DNA of 63,322 nucleotides, filler included, from Rhabdomonas costata (GCA_019059605.1; 56 parts of 56 records of this genome joined end to end with filler, not necessarily neighbours in it), one strand, 5' to 3'; positions 11,341 to 24,821 are shown, numbered from the whole stretch's first letter. A program made the numbers and translations. The notes: generated by a model from the sequence alone, not told the origin.

Positions 11341-11860
11341 GTTGTTAATTTTAGATTCTATTGTACTGGAGTTTGTTGATGAGCATGAACAGTGTTTGTG
11401 TGTGTGCGTGAGCGCTAGCAAGAGTTTGCATAAATGCATCCTTTGTGGTCAAATACAGCAATCACTAACACCAAACACAAGACTTCAATAGAACAACTGT
11501 GCAAGTTGTTGTTGAGAAATTTTGTGATCAATGGTTATATAGGATTGTCGCCGCCACAGCTGGAAAGCATAAAACTGACCTGCCATCTAGTGCCTTACTG
11601 GTAGTAACAATGTCGCATACTAAATTCACAGAAACGTGCGCGCATTCAAAACCATAAAAATGAAATGTGTAAACCACATGCCCATTTGTCCGTGGAACCT
11701 GATGATCATCCAACGGTTTATAGGCACGTTTAACTACCACCTAGTGTGAACCACCATGGTGGATCTCATGCACTAACTTCATACTCTAATTTTTTACCGT
11801 GTCTTTTTATAATTATTACTTGCGTTCTCCCTCTGCAGTATTTAACATTTGGAATTCATT
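11341..11860 (-). pseudogene. Possible heavily decayed MT-A70-family adenine methyltransferase
   Basis: Minus strand, with stops and frameshifts, in expected order: HGKKLEYEVSA*DPPW (DPPW at 11754-11765), VKRAYKPLDDHQV, RTNGHVV, FYGF, TTSKALDGR, SDCCI*PQRMHLCKL, TIESKINN. AT-rich and intronless. Confidence 0.35.
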
Positions 11861-13602
11861 TGGTCTCATTTTGTCACAACTCTGCACACCAGGCGAACCC
11901 TTTATAGCACAAAATATCCCACACGTTTCAAGCACAGATGGACAAGCAGCAGAATCGCAAACGGATGAGAGGAAGGCCGACGACATACCCAAGCAACACA
12001 CACCAACCACAGCACCAAGAAAAGCTACACTCACTTAGACACACTCAAACACCGTAGAAGCAGAAACACCATCACCAGCCACAGCACTATGCGCACCCAT
12101 ACAAAAATCCATACTAGCACCGTCCAAAACCTGTCGGATGCACCAACGCGAACAACAACAACAACAATCACCATCAAGCCCACCCACCACAAACGCAGCA
12201 TTTACACCCACCCATCAAAATCACACTCCACAACCTGCACACCAAGCTCAGAAACCAGAAACACCACCAAGCCCACTCAAAGCACAAGAAGCACCACACG
12301 ACTCAGGAAACGCTCATTGGAAAAAGAAAATAACAGAAAACCATGAACCAGGAAGCCAGCACCAACCCCNNNNNNNNNNNNNNNNNNNNNNNNNNNNNNN
12401 NNNNNNNNNNNNNTTAATTAATTAANNNNNNNNNNNNNNNNNNNNNNNNNNNNNNNNNNNNNNNNNNNNTGGTGTTCCTTTGTCTGTGGTGTTTTCGCTT
12501 TGTGCGCTGGTTTGGACTTGTTATTTGAACTCTTTGCTTTGGTGTGCCTGACTAATGTTTGCATCCATCGGCGCCCCGGCGCTTTCGCACGAGTACCTTT
12601 TGTACGGCGGGGGACCACTGCATTGTATGCGCTCTAAGTTCCAGTACCAGTCTGCGATAGCAACATTGCTGTTCACAAGCCCAATGGGGGTACCAGAAAA
12701 GGTGCATTGGGTGCTTCTGGTCTTCTCAATTTTAACAGTCTTTTTGTATTCGAGGCTTACCGAAACTGAAGCGTGCAATGTGCGCTTCACAGGGGGTGTT
12801 TGGAATGCAACTGCGTTTCCATTTCACTTCCCTGGACGGCGCCGCGCTCTATTACGGCTCAGAGCGAGAAATAGAATGTGGCTTCAATAGACTTCATTTT
12901 GATTTACTGCTTTCCCTCTATCGATATGTCACAGCCGCAGGCGCAGCAGCTTAATGGTGTTCGTCGAAAGGGAATTTATGTGAAAACACTGGAGGGAGGC
13001 TACGGTCCAGCAATATCTAATATCTATGAGAGCACTTGAAACGCCCCAGACAAACCCCCACTGAAACTGAGCTCGGTTCGAAATTAGCCACACGCCTTGT
13101 ACAGCGTTCATCCTGTGAACAAGTCATTGCGGCGTACATTGCGCACAAATCAGCCCCAAGTGGCCCCAGAAAAACCCCTTCAACAGCACAGCACAGAGCA
13201 TACATGTGGGACATTTAAAAGTGGGGGGAAAGCAGCCGATGCGGTTTCAAACCGCTCCTTTGGACAGAGAACGCTGTGGAGCAAAGGCGCGAGCACGGGA
13301 CACCCTGTCCCTATTTAAAAAATTGTGCGCACGCCCGCACGTCAATTTTCGCTTCGCGTTGCGCTCTCCGTGTCCCATACCAAAGCTTTTCCGTAAAAAA
13401 AAAGTCGAAACCAACTAAACATGGAAAACACGGGCACAAAGCAACAAAGCCGGTCACCACTTCGGCACCACAACACCACAACCCGAAACCCTTGTTCAGA
13501 TTNNNNNNNNNNNNNNNNNNNNNNNNNNNNNNNNNNNNNNNNNNNNTTAATTAATTAANNNNNNNNNNNNNNNNNNNNNNNNNNNNNNNNNNNNNNNNNN
13601 NN

Positions 13603-14071
13603 GTGGTGGGTGTGTTTGGTGGTTGGGGTAACGGCTGACGTTGTGAAACCCCTGAAACTCACGCAACTCCTGCAAAGCTTGTGAATGAGGTCGCAGGTGT
13701 TCACAACGGGAGACATCCTCCCATTGAAGCGGAGTATCCTTTGTGTTGGTTGGAGTATCCTTTTGCTTCGCGGGCAGTGGCAGTTCAAGCGGCGAAGCTA
13801 TCTTCCTTGAGCTGCTGGGTCGAGGGAAAGCAGTTCCAGCTTCATTCTGGTCCTCGCTCACATTTTTGTTGCTCTCCGGACGAGTGAGATTAACTCGCAT
13901 GTCCTGCAATGCAAGCGAGGGTGGATTCCACACGGGGATAGCAGAAGGGAAGCGGCGAGACATTCGGTGAGGCACGCGCCAACGGAGTCCCACCGAGGGA
14001 GCAAGAACAAACACACATGCCAGTGCGCACATGAGCTGCAAGCCTCCCTCTCGGGAAAATTTGAGAGCCAT
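13603..14071 (-). CDS. Hypothetical secreted or type II membrane protein, N-terminal exon (partial)
   Basis: ATG at 14071 shortly after an AG. MALKFSREGGLQLMCALACVFVLAPSVGLRW has a hydrophobic anchor, then a Pro/Ser-rich stem; frame is open to the contig end. Confidence 0.4.
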
Positions 14072-15876
14072 CGCCTGGAAACCCTGGTAAGCAGCGCCCA
14101 AGCCCAAGCAACAGCGAGGTGCCTCGGCCAAAAAGCTGCCCTTGTCGACCAATGTGGAGTGATGACATAAAGGATGAAGCCAAAAGGGGGGGGTACTGCT
14201 GACAGGGTGTCGACAGAGCATCAGATACAGCCCGATCAGAATAGCAAAACGATGTGTTTGTCAAAAAAGTATTTTTCAGTTGCTTCTTGAGACCCTCCGT
14301 CCTCAAATAGGTGAGCCATCGTACGTATGTAAGTATGAGCTACCGTATGACAGCCACAGGGTCATTCAAACAATTACGGCGACGGGACACCAAAACTCGG
14401 CATAAAAACGGGATCTCATGATTTATGTGACCGTGAAAGGCAGAAACCTGTTCCACCAAACAAAAAAGCTATCGAAGTATCAACAGAACGAGAATGCTGT
14501 CTGGGCTTACGTCGTTTCCATGCTTCATCGGAATGAAAAGTACGGACGGGCACTTGCTGCGTTTCTCCCGAGTCACTTGCAGGCTTGTATGGGAATTGAG
14601 GGGAAGGGGGGGACTAAACTGAGGGGCGAACCACANNNNNNNNNNNNNNNNNNNNNNNNNNNNNNNNNNNNNNNNNNNNTTAATTAATTAANNNNNNNNN
14701 NNNNNNNNNNNNNNNNNNNNNNNNNNNNNNNNNNNGGTTTTTGTTGAAACGAAATGCATAGACAGACATGCTCACCCACTCTCACACACACGTACACCCA
14801 CACCTGTTCTCATTCAGGTACACCTCAGTGGGCTGCGAGGCTCTCTCCGCGTTTTCGGTGTGCTGGGGAAAGGGAGGAGGGGAGGAGGTATTTTTCTGCT
14901 TCTTTTGGTGCCGTTGCTGCTTTTTCCCCTTTCCGTTTTTGGTCTTTTACGTCCATTCGGTGTTCATCTTGTTGGTGTTCGGATTGCAGCGCTCTGCCGG
15001 CCTTTTTTTCTCGGCGCAACTGTGATTCGTGAATCCTTTCACATCTTCCACATGAGAGAGAATGTCCATCACAGTGAATGGAGGTTAATGTGTTGTCTTT
15101 GAACTACTGCTCGTCCATGTCACCATGGCTCCTCTGCAGGTTGTCCTGAAAAGACGTATTCCATAGCGAGCCCCCGCTCATCCTTCATCTTGTGGAGTTT
15201 CGGTTTCGGTCTTGCCATCGGGGCTTTCCCTTTCCTGGTAGAGTTGCTCGTACATGGCTCCTTCCCTGTTTTTGCTGTGCAGATTCTAGGCCCGCTGATA
15301 CCCCAAGCTCGGCTGCTGCAGGCAATGAACCAGCCTTACAACACCGTTATCGTCGTTGGTATTTGAATGTATTCTGTGGGTTCGTGTGCAAGAAAATGGC
15401 ACTCAGCAAAAAGAAGCTCACTGATAATCCGTCGTCGCCCTGTGCTTCCAGCTCGAAACGATCTATGCAGCAAATGAATTCGTCGTTTTATTCGAACAAC
15501 CTCACATCGCAATCGAGTGAGGAGCGGTCTGTGATCAAAGAATGTAGCAGTTCTGAAACTGTGGCGAGCAACAGACAGATGGTTATCCTTTGTGGCGAGG
15601 AAGGTGTGGGAGGGGCAAAGCGTCGGGCAGCGACAACCCACCCACTCCGCGCTGACATTCCTTTTCCTTTCCCGGGCTTCAAGCTTCTGAATCGTCCCAT
15701 CACGGGCTGCGCGTCACTCTCTGATGAGTGCCAGCTCACTGCCGTTAGGGTTGAAATGCACCCCACAANNNNNNNNNNNNNNNNNNNNNNNNNNNNNNNN
15801 NNNNNNNNNNNNTTAATTAATTAANNNNNNNNNNNNNNNNNNNNNNNNNNNNNNNNNNNNNNNNNNNNGGGGGGTT

Positions 15877-16130
15877 GTTACCAGAATTAGAGCGTTTCAT
15901 CGGACCGTTTCTCGTTTAACACCACACTGAGATGTTAACCTCTATAGCAGCAAGCACCTGCCTGAATTTCCCGCTTACCGTAAAACGAACGATTCTGTGC
16001 TTTGGAGCATGCAAATCTCCCTCGAGGGAAGCCAGGGAAATTCAGGCAGGTGCTTGCTGCTATAGAGGTTAACATCTCAGCGTGGTGTTAAACGAGAAAC
16101 GGTCCGATGAAACGCTCTAATTCTGGTAAC
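15877..16130. repeat. Terminal inverted repeat (96-bp arms, 1 mismatch), probable fold-back amplification chimera
   Basis: 15877-15972 is the reverse complement of 16035-16130; the outer arm begins right after the G/T-only contig start. Confidence 0.9.
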
Positions 16131-19100
16131 ACCCTTACACTCCGGAACATAATCTTAATCACCCCTGCGACATGTGGGCGACAATGATCAGAGGTTCGTT
16201 CAGCTGAAAATGCAGGGAATGAACGGGAATAAGAACGGGAACAAAAAAAACCCTGAAAAACAGGCGATTTTCCACAACACACACAAGGCAAAATGTGCAG
16301 TGGGTCAAGATGGGTGACAGTGGGTCCGGGAAAACACAATATGGAGAAGTGGCCGGAAGCGGGACAGGTGGAAGGGGGGGGGGCTGAGTGAAGCGGTCGG
16401 AACGCAACAGTGGAAAACAAAACAAAAACAAAAACCAACATGACCACTGCAAACACTGGCACACTAATCCTAATGTTCTTCTGAAAAAGAATATAACATC
16501 TATCCAATCCCTCGTATTCGCAGCATAAACTATGTGCGTGTATCGCACGAGCGGCAATCATATACTCCAGTACTCTGGAATGTGTGATGGTGGTGGTATT
16601 GGGGGAGAACGGAAAGGGTTCATGAAGGAGGATACTTCTTGGCTTGATAAACCACTCCAACAGCTTTCTGCATGTCATCGTAGGTATTACGCAGCTTGGC
16701 ATATCCTGGAAGCATCGCGTGTGCACGGTCGGGGCACAACCTGAGTGAGGGAATGAGAGCGGAACATCGTCAAAACGTAATCGGTCCGTTGGAAACAGAG
16801 AACCAAAGTCAACCATCCAGATGTTTGCTGTGTATGCAGCCAGGCGGAGGGTGTGTCAGCCTACAGTTCTTTCTCTCATTAAAGAAGCAAACACAAAAAA
16901 NNNNNNNNNNNNNNNNNNNNNNNNNNNNNNNNNNNNNNNNNNNNTTAATTAATTAANNNNNNNNNNNNNNNNNNNNNNNNNNNNNNNNNNNNNNNNNNNN
17001 GGGTTTGGGTACTGTCGCGCCTTCTCGTTTTTTTCAGAACAATACCACTGTAGTAAACGAGAAGGCGCGACAGTTCCCAAAGCACCTAAAATACCCAAAG
17101 TGATACGCAGTTGCGATAAAGCACAAGGCTCTGGCACTAGCCAGCCGTTCAAAGTTCGTTCCAATCTCGAAAGCACAAAACATAAATACACAACCAATCA
17201 CGCCACGTAAACGGGAAAGCTCAACTCACAGTCATAACACACAATACACCCGAAGGAACCCGTGTTGCGCGTGGACAGTGCTGCCGGAGTGAGAAAGTTG
17301 ACGAAGGAAATCTCAGAATTCAAGCCGAGTGTAGAGGTTGGTGCAGTGCCCACAACTGGGCTGTTGCAAGCCATGAATAAATAACGAACATGCCCTTGAA
17401 ACGTGTTGTTTTCTTTTTGCTCTTGTCACTCTGAAATCACAACCAAGAAAGAATAGGACACTGGGACACTTGCCAAACCCAGCATGTATCCCTCCGCCTT
17501 GCCATCTCAACTGGAAAAAGTGCACCTCTGACACTCATCCAATCACCAACCTACGCACACAACACCGCGAAGTTCTTCAAAGAGGCACAGCAAAAAAAAA
17601 ATCACACAAAGCACCCGGATAGGCCACACAGAATGAGACTCTCAGGGCCGCCCCTGCACAGCATAGAGGGCAGCACGAGTACAGAAGCATATTTGTGAGC
17701 AGTCAAGAAGCGAGTCGCGGGGAGGGAGGCTTTGGTGAGGCATGCTGTTCGAGACCCACAGGCACACAATAAAACCCATGCCATCTGCGCAGCGGAACGG
17801 CCCGCTGGACCGAATCCTGCAGCGCCTTGGCGCTCCAGCCCGTACAGCGCTTGCACCTCGCACTCCCACTCCTTGGGCTCTTGCTGCAGCGAGCGGTGTG
17901 CATCCGGTGGCCACAGGCATGACCACACAACAGAGACACAAAAACAGGAAAGTAAGTGCCCAAAATACACGCCCACCAAAACAAGGACTGTACAAATCTC
18001 CCTTTCTTCGAAAGCATTCTACAACACACACCCNNNNNNNNNNNNNNNNNNNNNNNNNNNNNNNNNNNNNNNNNNNNTTAATTAATTAANNNNNNNNNNN
18101 NNNNNNNNNNNNNNNNNNNNNNNNNNNNNNNNNGGTGGTGGGGGGTTGATGAGGAGTGGCTAACGAGAGGTGCAGGCTCCTGCAGGGTTTGCCAAACCAC
18201 TCTAATTTAAGGGTTGGCCCCAATTTCTTACTCAGTGGTATGATGCTTGTTTCGGCTCAGCAGCACTAAGGCAGGCGAATGTGAACGCTCTGAGCATCTG
18301 TCAGCAGCACTGCGGGTTCCCACGCTATGGCTAAGGTAGAGGTCCATTCCTTGGATTCTTCCCGCACTCACCCTCCGTGCACAGGAAAGGTGGCCCCTAA
18401 TCCCGTTGCCGGCTTCGAGGCAAAGCAGCCCTCTCCTTCCGAGCCGTTGGCAGAGGTAAGCATTCCTGTACGCTTTACTCCTCGCAAGAGCGTCCCGGGT
18501 GAGGTGGGGAGGCCTGTGGCTACCGCGTTGCCCAAGATCACGCTTGCGGTGCCGCAAAAGTCCTCCTTAGCCAGGTACGCGCCGTTTCCCTATGCACCCT
18601 GCTCGCCACCTTCAACCTCTTCTTCACTACATCACTCCTCCCGTTTCTGGCGCACATTTTCCACGGCTCCACATTTCCCACAGGCCAGGCACTCTCTCTT
18701 TCCTGCGCTCCCTTCCCATATTTCTGCAAGTCGCCCATTCTGCTCTCTATCCCTTTTCGTTTCCTCTCCGCGTGTGTGTGTGTGCTGTGTAACGATCCTT
18801 TCCTAACTTCGTGCTGCTCGAGCTAAACTGCTGACCGGGCTTCGTTTTTCTCGTTCATTTTCGCTTATATGGAACCCCCAGCGGTACGATGGGACCGCTT
18901 TCCTTTCAGCCACTTTTCATTTTGTCTTTTGCCCCAAAACACTAAGGCCACGTGCACGTTGTGCTGAACTGATTTTTTTTTTGCTTTTTGTGGCACCACC
19001 CTCAAAGACACTGAAATATTGTCTGCTCAAACAAGGCGCCACCGAAAAAAAGTGTTCTATAAATCAGGCATTTTCGGCCTTAGAAGTTAAAATTGAAAAA

Positions 19101-20408
19101 ACTGGTTTTGATCTGTAGGTGGTTTGCCTCTTTTCGGCGGGTGTTTGTTATGTGTCCCCACACACANNNNNNNNNNNNNNNNNNNNNNNNNNNNNNNNNN
19201 NNNNNNNNNNTTAATTAATTAANNNNNNNNNNNNNNNNNNNNNNNNNNNNNNNNNNNNNNNNNNNNGGTTTTGGGGTGACATAGCAAATCCATTCCCTAT
19301 TAGCAAAGAAAAATCACATAAACTTTCACCATGTTTCCCACTCTCCAGTCCCTTGGTTCACGTATTTGTACATTGTGTTGTCTTATTTTTGGTGGGTGCC
19401 CCCTGGCTCCCAGTCTCAGGCTGCTGCCGTGGAAAGCGTGTGTCCGTTTGCGTGAAGGGTTTTGCGAAAGGAAAAGCTTGAGCGAAACTTTGGTGTGGAG
19501 CCGCGTCTTCTCCCAGGAAGATAATGAATGAGACGCCGCCCTCTGTTCCCCGAGCTCTCCATCGGCCATCGGTGTGACCTTGTGGACGCACTTCTCGGCT
19601 GGGGCTTACCAGCACCTGAGTGTGTCCCTGCGACGTCCCGACGTTGGCTGTGCGATGCGCGTTTCGAAACGCTTTTGGAGGGTTTGTCTGCAATGTTCTA
19701 TCTCCGGGTAGGTCGCCGATGATGGGATGCTTGGGCACAGCATGATGGCGTTATGCGGCGATGAACGAAACGAAACCAAGGGGGTCTGGCCCCCTAGAAA
19801 GCAGGATACATGCTTCGCTTTGACGTGCGTCGCCACGTAGGCCGGAAATGTATCCCCACGTAACGTCCCCGACTCAGCCGCCCGCTCCGTACTGGCTTCC
19901 GCACCTAAAATAATCTTGTTAGCCAAAGCCCAGCAAGAAATGAGTTCCCATCAATAATGATTACCAACATGAAAGACCTTGCGAAGTAAGCGAAGCGTTT
20001 TGTTATTTATCATTCCATTGCCGCGTAACGACGTTATACCGTTTGGCCCTCCAAAAGAAACCTGACCGGTTGTGGCAGGCGGGGAGGGAGGAGCATGGGG
20101 GACAGTTTTGCGCCAGCGCATCTCGGCCTCCCAGAGTGACGTGTTAAGATCGGAGAGAGAATACTGCCATTGTATCCGGTTTTGCTTTCCTTCTTTCTCG
20201 TCCCGTCATCGATTAAGCGTGGGTTGGAATCAACTACTGCTCCCCTCCCTCCGGTAGATCACAGAACTGGGGGGTTTTCTTTTCCAGAACCCCCCACCCN
20301 NNNNNNNNNNNNNNNNNNNNNNNNNNNNNNNNNNNNNNNNNNNTTAATTAATTAANNNNNNNNNNNNNNNNNNNNNNNNNNNNNNNNNNNNNNNNNNNNT
20401 TTTTGTTT

Positions 20409-20561
20409 TTTTGTCTTTCAGGACCGGTTGTAACTGTGCTATTTCTTGCGGTTTCCTCACTTTCCTATTCCACCCCTATCGTCCCTCCCTGACAGAGTGG
20501 GTGAAGTCCCTGTGAAAACCGCAAGAAATAGCACAGTTACAACCGGTCCTGAAAGACAAAC
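20409..20561. repeat. Terminal inverted repeat (about 45-bp arms), probable fold-back chimera
   Basis: TTTGTCTTTCAGGACCGGTTGTAACTGTGCTATTTCTTGCGGTTT at the contig start is inverted at about 20516-20561. Confidence 0.85.
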
Positions 20562-21536
20562 AAACAAACAAACAAACAAAAAAGGAAGGAAGGAAGGAGG
20601 GCAATTTTCTGGCTTTCTTTGTGCAGAAAGCCATTTCCAACGTGATGGAGAACCGCTAACCTGCGACAATCGATCCTGGAGAGACAGCGGCGGAATTCGC
20701 CCCCGAGGTTGAGGACGAGGAGGAGGAGCTCAGCACGAGCCCCTGGGAGACGGACCGGGAGCCCGAGCCGGCCCCGCCTTGGGCGCGGCTACCCTGCAGC
20801 TGGGGACTGTGGGCCCGATTCCCATGCCCCGGAACCGGACCTGGGCCCCCATCGTGGTGGGAGTGCGCGGAGTCATTGGAGCCCTATGGAGGGAATACCG
20901 CAGCGTACAATGCGCCTGCAGAGTGGTGCTTCTCTCTCCGGCACGGCAACAGAAAGCGCAGGGAGCAGATATGCTCACCGGCGCATCTGCCACAGGCTTT
21001 CGCAGCTTTCCAAGATGTCTGGGCTTCAAGGTTGGGATTTGACCTCGCTTCAATTCTTTGACTTGAAAAAGGACCAGTTTCATTAAGAAGGAAGGAGGGG
21101 CCGGTAAAGGCATCTCCGACCATGTGGATGTGGATGTGGAAGTCATTATGTTTTTAAGTGGAAAAAAACGACTGGGAGGGATGTGGTCGGCACCCGAATG
21201 TTCATATGCGGAGCGTTCGGAGCGCTGTCAGAGCAACAGCAAAAGCTCAAGCTCTCAAACAACACAGAGCTTTTTGTGGCATCATGCCAAGTGACTTCCT
21301 GACAGCGCTGCATCTTGTGCAGGCGTTAAATGGTATTCGGCAGAAAATCCAGAGAGTGTAAAATTCCACGTGATCAATACATCTAGGCTTTGTACTTGGC
21401 CCTGTGACAGCTCTTCACCATTACACCAAAACNNNNNNNNNNNNNNNNNNNNNNNNNNNNNNNNNNNNNNNNNNNNTTAATTAATTAANNNNNNNNNNNN
21501 NNNNNNNNNNNNNNNNNNNNNNNNNNNNNNNNGTTG

Positions 21537-21609
21537 GTTGGTTCTTAACACAATGATCTTTTCCCGTTGAGGTTGCCACCGGGAAAAGATCATTGTGTTA
21601 AGAACCAAC
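21537..21609. repeat. Terminal hairpin (about 30-bp arms), probable fold-back chimera
   Basis: GTTGGTTCTTAACACAATGATCTTTTCCCG / CGGGAAAAGATCATTGTGTTAAGAACCAAC at the contig start. Confidence 0.85.
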
Positions 21610-21802
21610 TTAAACTAAAACACCTTTATCTCACGAGAAAGTGACAGGTTTGTTCGAAAAACGGTGCTAAACGGTGCTAAACTTAACTCAAGAAGTAGCA
21701 AGCAGAGGTTTTGAACCTCTATGGAACATCCTCGGCCGCTCAGCCTCCGCAATACAATTGTCCAGCGAACAGAAAGTATCGGTTGCAGAATGCGGGCGAT
21801 AC

Positions 21803-22203
21803 CTCGGGGTCCAAGCGATGTCCTCACCATGTTGGCAAGTGTCTTAGCTGCCATGATGTTGTTCTTCTGGGCATCAAGACCACGCAGCCGGTGCTGAGAA
21901 AACCACAGCAATCCTCTACAACACGCACCATAAAGCCCGTGTGCACAGAACCCGACAGCTCCAAGGGTCATGCATGCAACATAATTGAAGAATCAATCAC
22001 ACGGTATGAAGAAAGATTTTGCATTCGTCCCCTAAATGGCACTAAAAGGCGCGACAAATATTACCGAAAGTCTCACCGCACACAATTAAAAAAATCACAA
22101 AGTAGACCTTGTCTTCAGCCTCAGCCTTCATGATCAAAATGGGTCGGCCGAATTCATCCGTGGCCAGCCCTAGGGGGGTGGCGTTCATTCCGGCGATGTT
22201 CAT
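21803..22203 (-). CDS. CCT5: T-complex protein 1 subunit epsilon, first two exons
   Basis: Exon 22108-22203 [32 protein letters not shown], 214-nt GT-AG intron, exon 21803-21893 [38 protein letters not shown] and RL.GLDA.K..I.AA...A...RTSLGP.G are diagnostic of CCT-epsilon. Confidence 0.93.
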
Positions 22204-22224
22204 TGTAGTGCAGAAATAAACGTT

Positions 22225-22307
22225 TAGGAAAAGAAAAAAATGTCGAGCTACTGCGATAGGAAAAGAAAAGACTGTCGAGCTACTGCAATATAGGAAAAGC
22301 TGTCGGG
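22225..22307 (-). promoter_or_regulatory. Tandemly duplicated (32-34 bp) pyrimidine tract + CAG just upstream of the CCT5 ATG; candidate splice or trans-splice acceptors
   Basis: The + strand unit TAGGAAAAG....TGTCGAGCTACTGC starts at 22225, 22257 and partially at 22291. On the coding strand this reads CTTTTCCTAT.GCAG, with AG at 22251-22252 and 22283-22284. Confidence 0.4.
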
Positions 22308-24648
22308 CGAGTACGATAAGAAAACGGCTGTCACGATGGGGGGGGGGGCTAAAGTAGGCATTTCCGGCAAAAACAAATCACAACTTGCTAACTTTTTTCT
22401 AAGCCAACTTTTCCCATTTATTTGCAACAACCCCCTCCCAGGCTTCATCCTCCAACCCCTTCAAATCCAATCGCGGAGAGCTCGCGCTACGACCAGTAAG
22501 CAAACGAGCGAGCACATCTCAGATGGGAGGAGGGGGCGCTTAATTCACGGAACAATATTTTCAGANNNNNNNNNNNNNNNNNNNNNNNNNNNNNNNNNNN
22601 NNNNNNNNNTTAATTAATTAANNNNNNNNNNNNNNNNNNNNNNNNNNNNNNNNNNNNNNNNNNNNTTGTGGTGGTCCACAAAGCCGATGCAGTCTCGTGG
22701 AGTGCATCGGCTGTCAACCCAAAGTACCAGAGATCCAAAGTTAGGGAGTAAGTGGTGTGCCGACCTCTGTCACCACCCAAATTTCTGAATTCGGTTGAGC
22801 GCTTGGCTGCTCTGTACAAGAGTTCCTTTCCTCTCAGTATCTTTCTCCCTCCCAATTCTGTGTGAAGGGGGAAATGTTACACTGAGAAGTGTGTCGGGAT
22901 CCTGTGCTTGGGAATCATCTGCCTTGCGATCACGACTGCGTGTGTGTGTGTGCGTGTGTGCGTGTGCCGTTGGTCTTTCGATCGGTTGTTGGGTTTCTTC
23001 TGTCTCGAGTCTGTCTCGAGTTGGTGTCATGGGGCTAGTGCCCTTCTCTTTCATGGATGACGGCGGCGTACGGCTACCTGAACACGATTGCCTTTCGTCT
23101 CCTGGGTCTCTTCTCTCCATATGTGCACATAAGACGTAGTCTGTGCGCATACCACGTCTCATATGTCGAGTCATACGTTCGAGTAGTAACTCTTGTGGTG
23201 TGCTTCTTCTGAGCACTGTCGAAAGTCGACACTGCGGTCGGCACGGTCGTGTGTGAAGTCCTCCGAATTGCGTGAGCCCCCGACCTGTGATCCGCATCCG
23301 CAAAGACTTGAAGTGCCCGCGTTCATACCTCCTCAACACCATCATATGTTGTGGCGAAATCTGCCAACGTACTGGTGCCGTATGCCTGGCGAGTTGGTGT
23401 GTGTGTGGATAAAATGTGTGTTTTGGGTGTGTTGCTGCGTGACAGACTCTGTGTGACTGCATGGCTTTTTGATGGACATTGCACTGTTGTGGCTCTGTCC
23501 ATTACTCTGATGCTGCGCCTGTTCCGTGGGAAGGCGCCATTTGCGTGACACCCTGGTTCGGGTTCTGCACCTGGGAATATGAGCAATGCAAAATCTCCTG
23601 CAGAAATCTCTGAATCAGGATGCTTGGTGTATATTGGACGGAGTTCTAGCCTTATCCTTCGAGCCAGCACAGCCGCTTGGATTGCACAAGGCCCACANNN
23701 NNNNNNNNNNNNNNNNNNNNNNNNNNNNNNNNNNNNNNNNNTTAATTAATTAANNNNNNNNNNNNNNNNNNNNNNNNNNNNNNNNNNNNNNNNNNNNGTT
23801 TTTTGGTCTTTCCTCGAGTGCTTGGTTGCGTTGGGCAAATGGTTCGGCGTGGCAATCTCTCTCTATTTTTCTAGGCTTTTTTACCACCACTGTGTAACTC
23901 TGCAAACCAACAGAATGGAAGTGGTTACAAGCTCTGCAAGTGGAAACCTTGTGTCTTGACTTTTGCTGCCTCAGTCTCTGCTTATTTATGGTGGCTGGGT
24001 GCAAACATGGCTACCACTTCGGCATCTCTCATCCATTCAATCAGGCTGTGACTTGCGCAGAACTTAAGCAGCAACAGCGCAAGCACAGCAGCGTTCACAG
24101 CCACAACGGCAACAGCTACAATACGACACTCTACATTCCTCTGTGGTTTGCGCCCGATCTTTTGCCTACGCGCTTCTCCATTGCAACATGCAACCTAATT
24201 ACAACGCACACCCAAAACATGCACGAACAAACGAAATTAAATAGCAAACATTTGCGCAGCATCTTCTTCGAATACGCATGTGGCCTCTGGAATCCGCAAG
24301 GCGGACCCAACCTGAGAATTCGGGTTTTGTTTGTGGTTGTTTTTAGTGTTTAAGACGCCCGGAAAATCAGAAAATGGCATATTAATGTTTTTATGTTGGG
24401 GGTCATTTTGGAGTTTGGGAACATGTTATTTGATGAACACAGATGTATTTTTGGGAGGTGCCATAAAGATCAGTTGAAGAGACCAGTGCGCGCCGAAGGG
24501 GAGATTTTTCCCGGTGATGCCGTGCAATTGCTGACCTTTTGAAGCGCATTGTGAATTCTGTTTCCGCAACGAAACGTAGTGTAGTGTTGGGTTTAGATAC
24601 GAGAGAGAACGGGAAAATGTCCGTGTGTACTTTTATTGCGCTTTGTTT

Positions 24649-24821
24649 TTGCGCGAAGCAGTTGTTTTTTAAAGCCTCCGTAGTGTCTTCAATCCCAGGT
24701 TTGTTGGGGTGGGCTATCCGGTGGAAAATTTTCGGGGAAAAATTTCCACCGGATAGCCCACCCCAACAAACCTGGGATTGAAGACACTACGGAGGCTTTA
24801 AAAAACAACTGCTTCGCGCAA
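24649..24821. repeat. Terminal inverted repeat (about 80-bp arms), probable fold-back chimera
   Basis: 24649-24727 is mirrored at about 24742-24821, followed directly by the C/A-only contig end. Confidence 0.9.

Noticed and set aside
11990..12369. Thr/His/Lys-rich ORFs in a strongly C/A-skewed tract
   Set aside because: Low-complexity strand-skewed DNA naturally lacks stops; no family resemblance.
20779..21042. WAPIVVGVRGVI resembling the end of an R2-type restriction-like endonuclease domain
   Set aside because: A single short motif without the CCHC knuckle or PD..D core.
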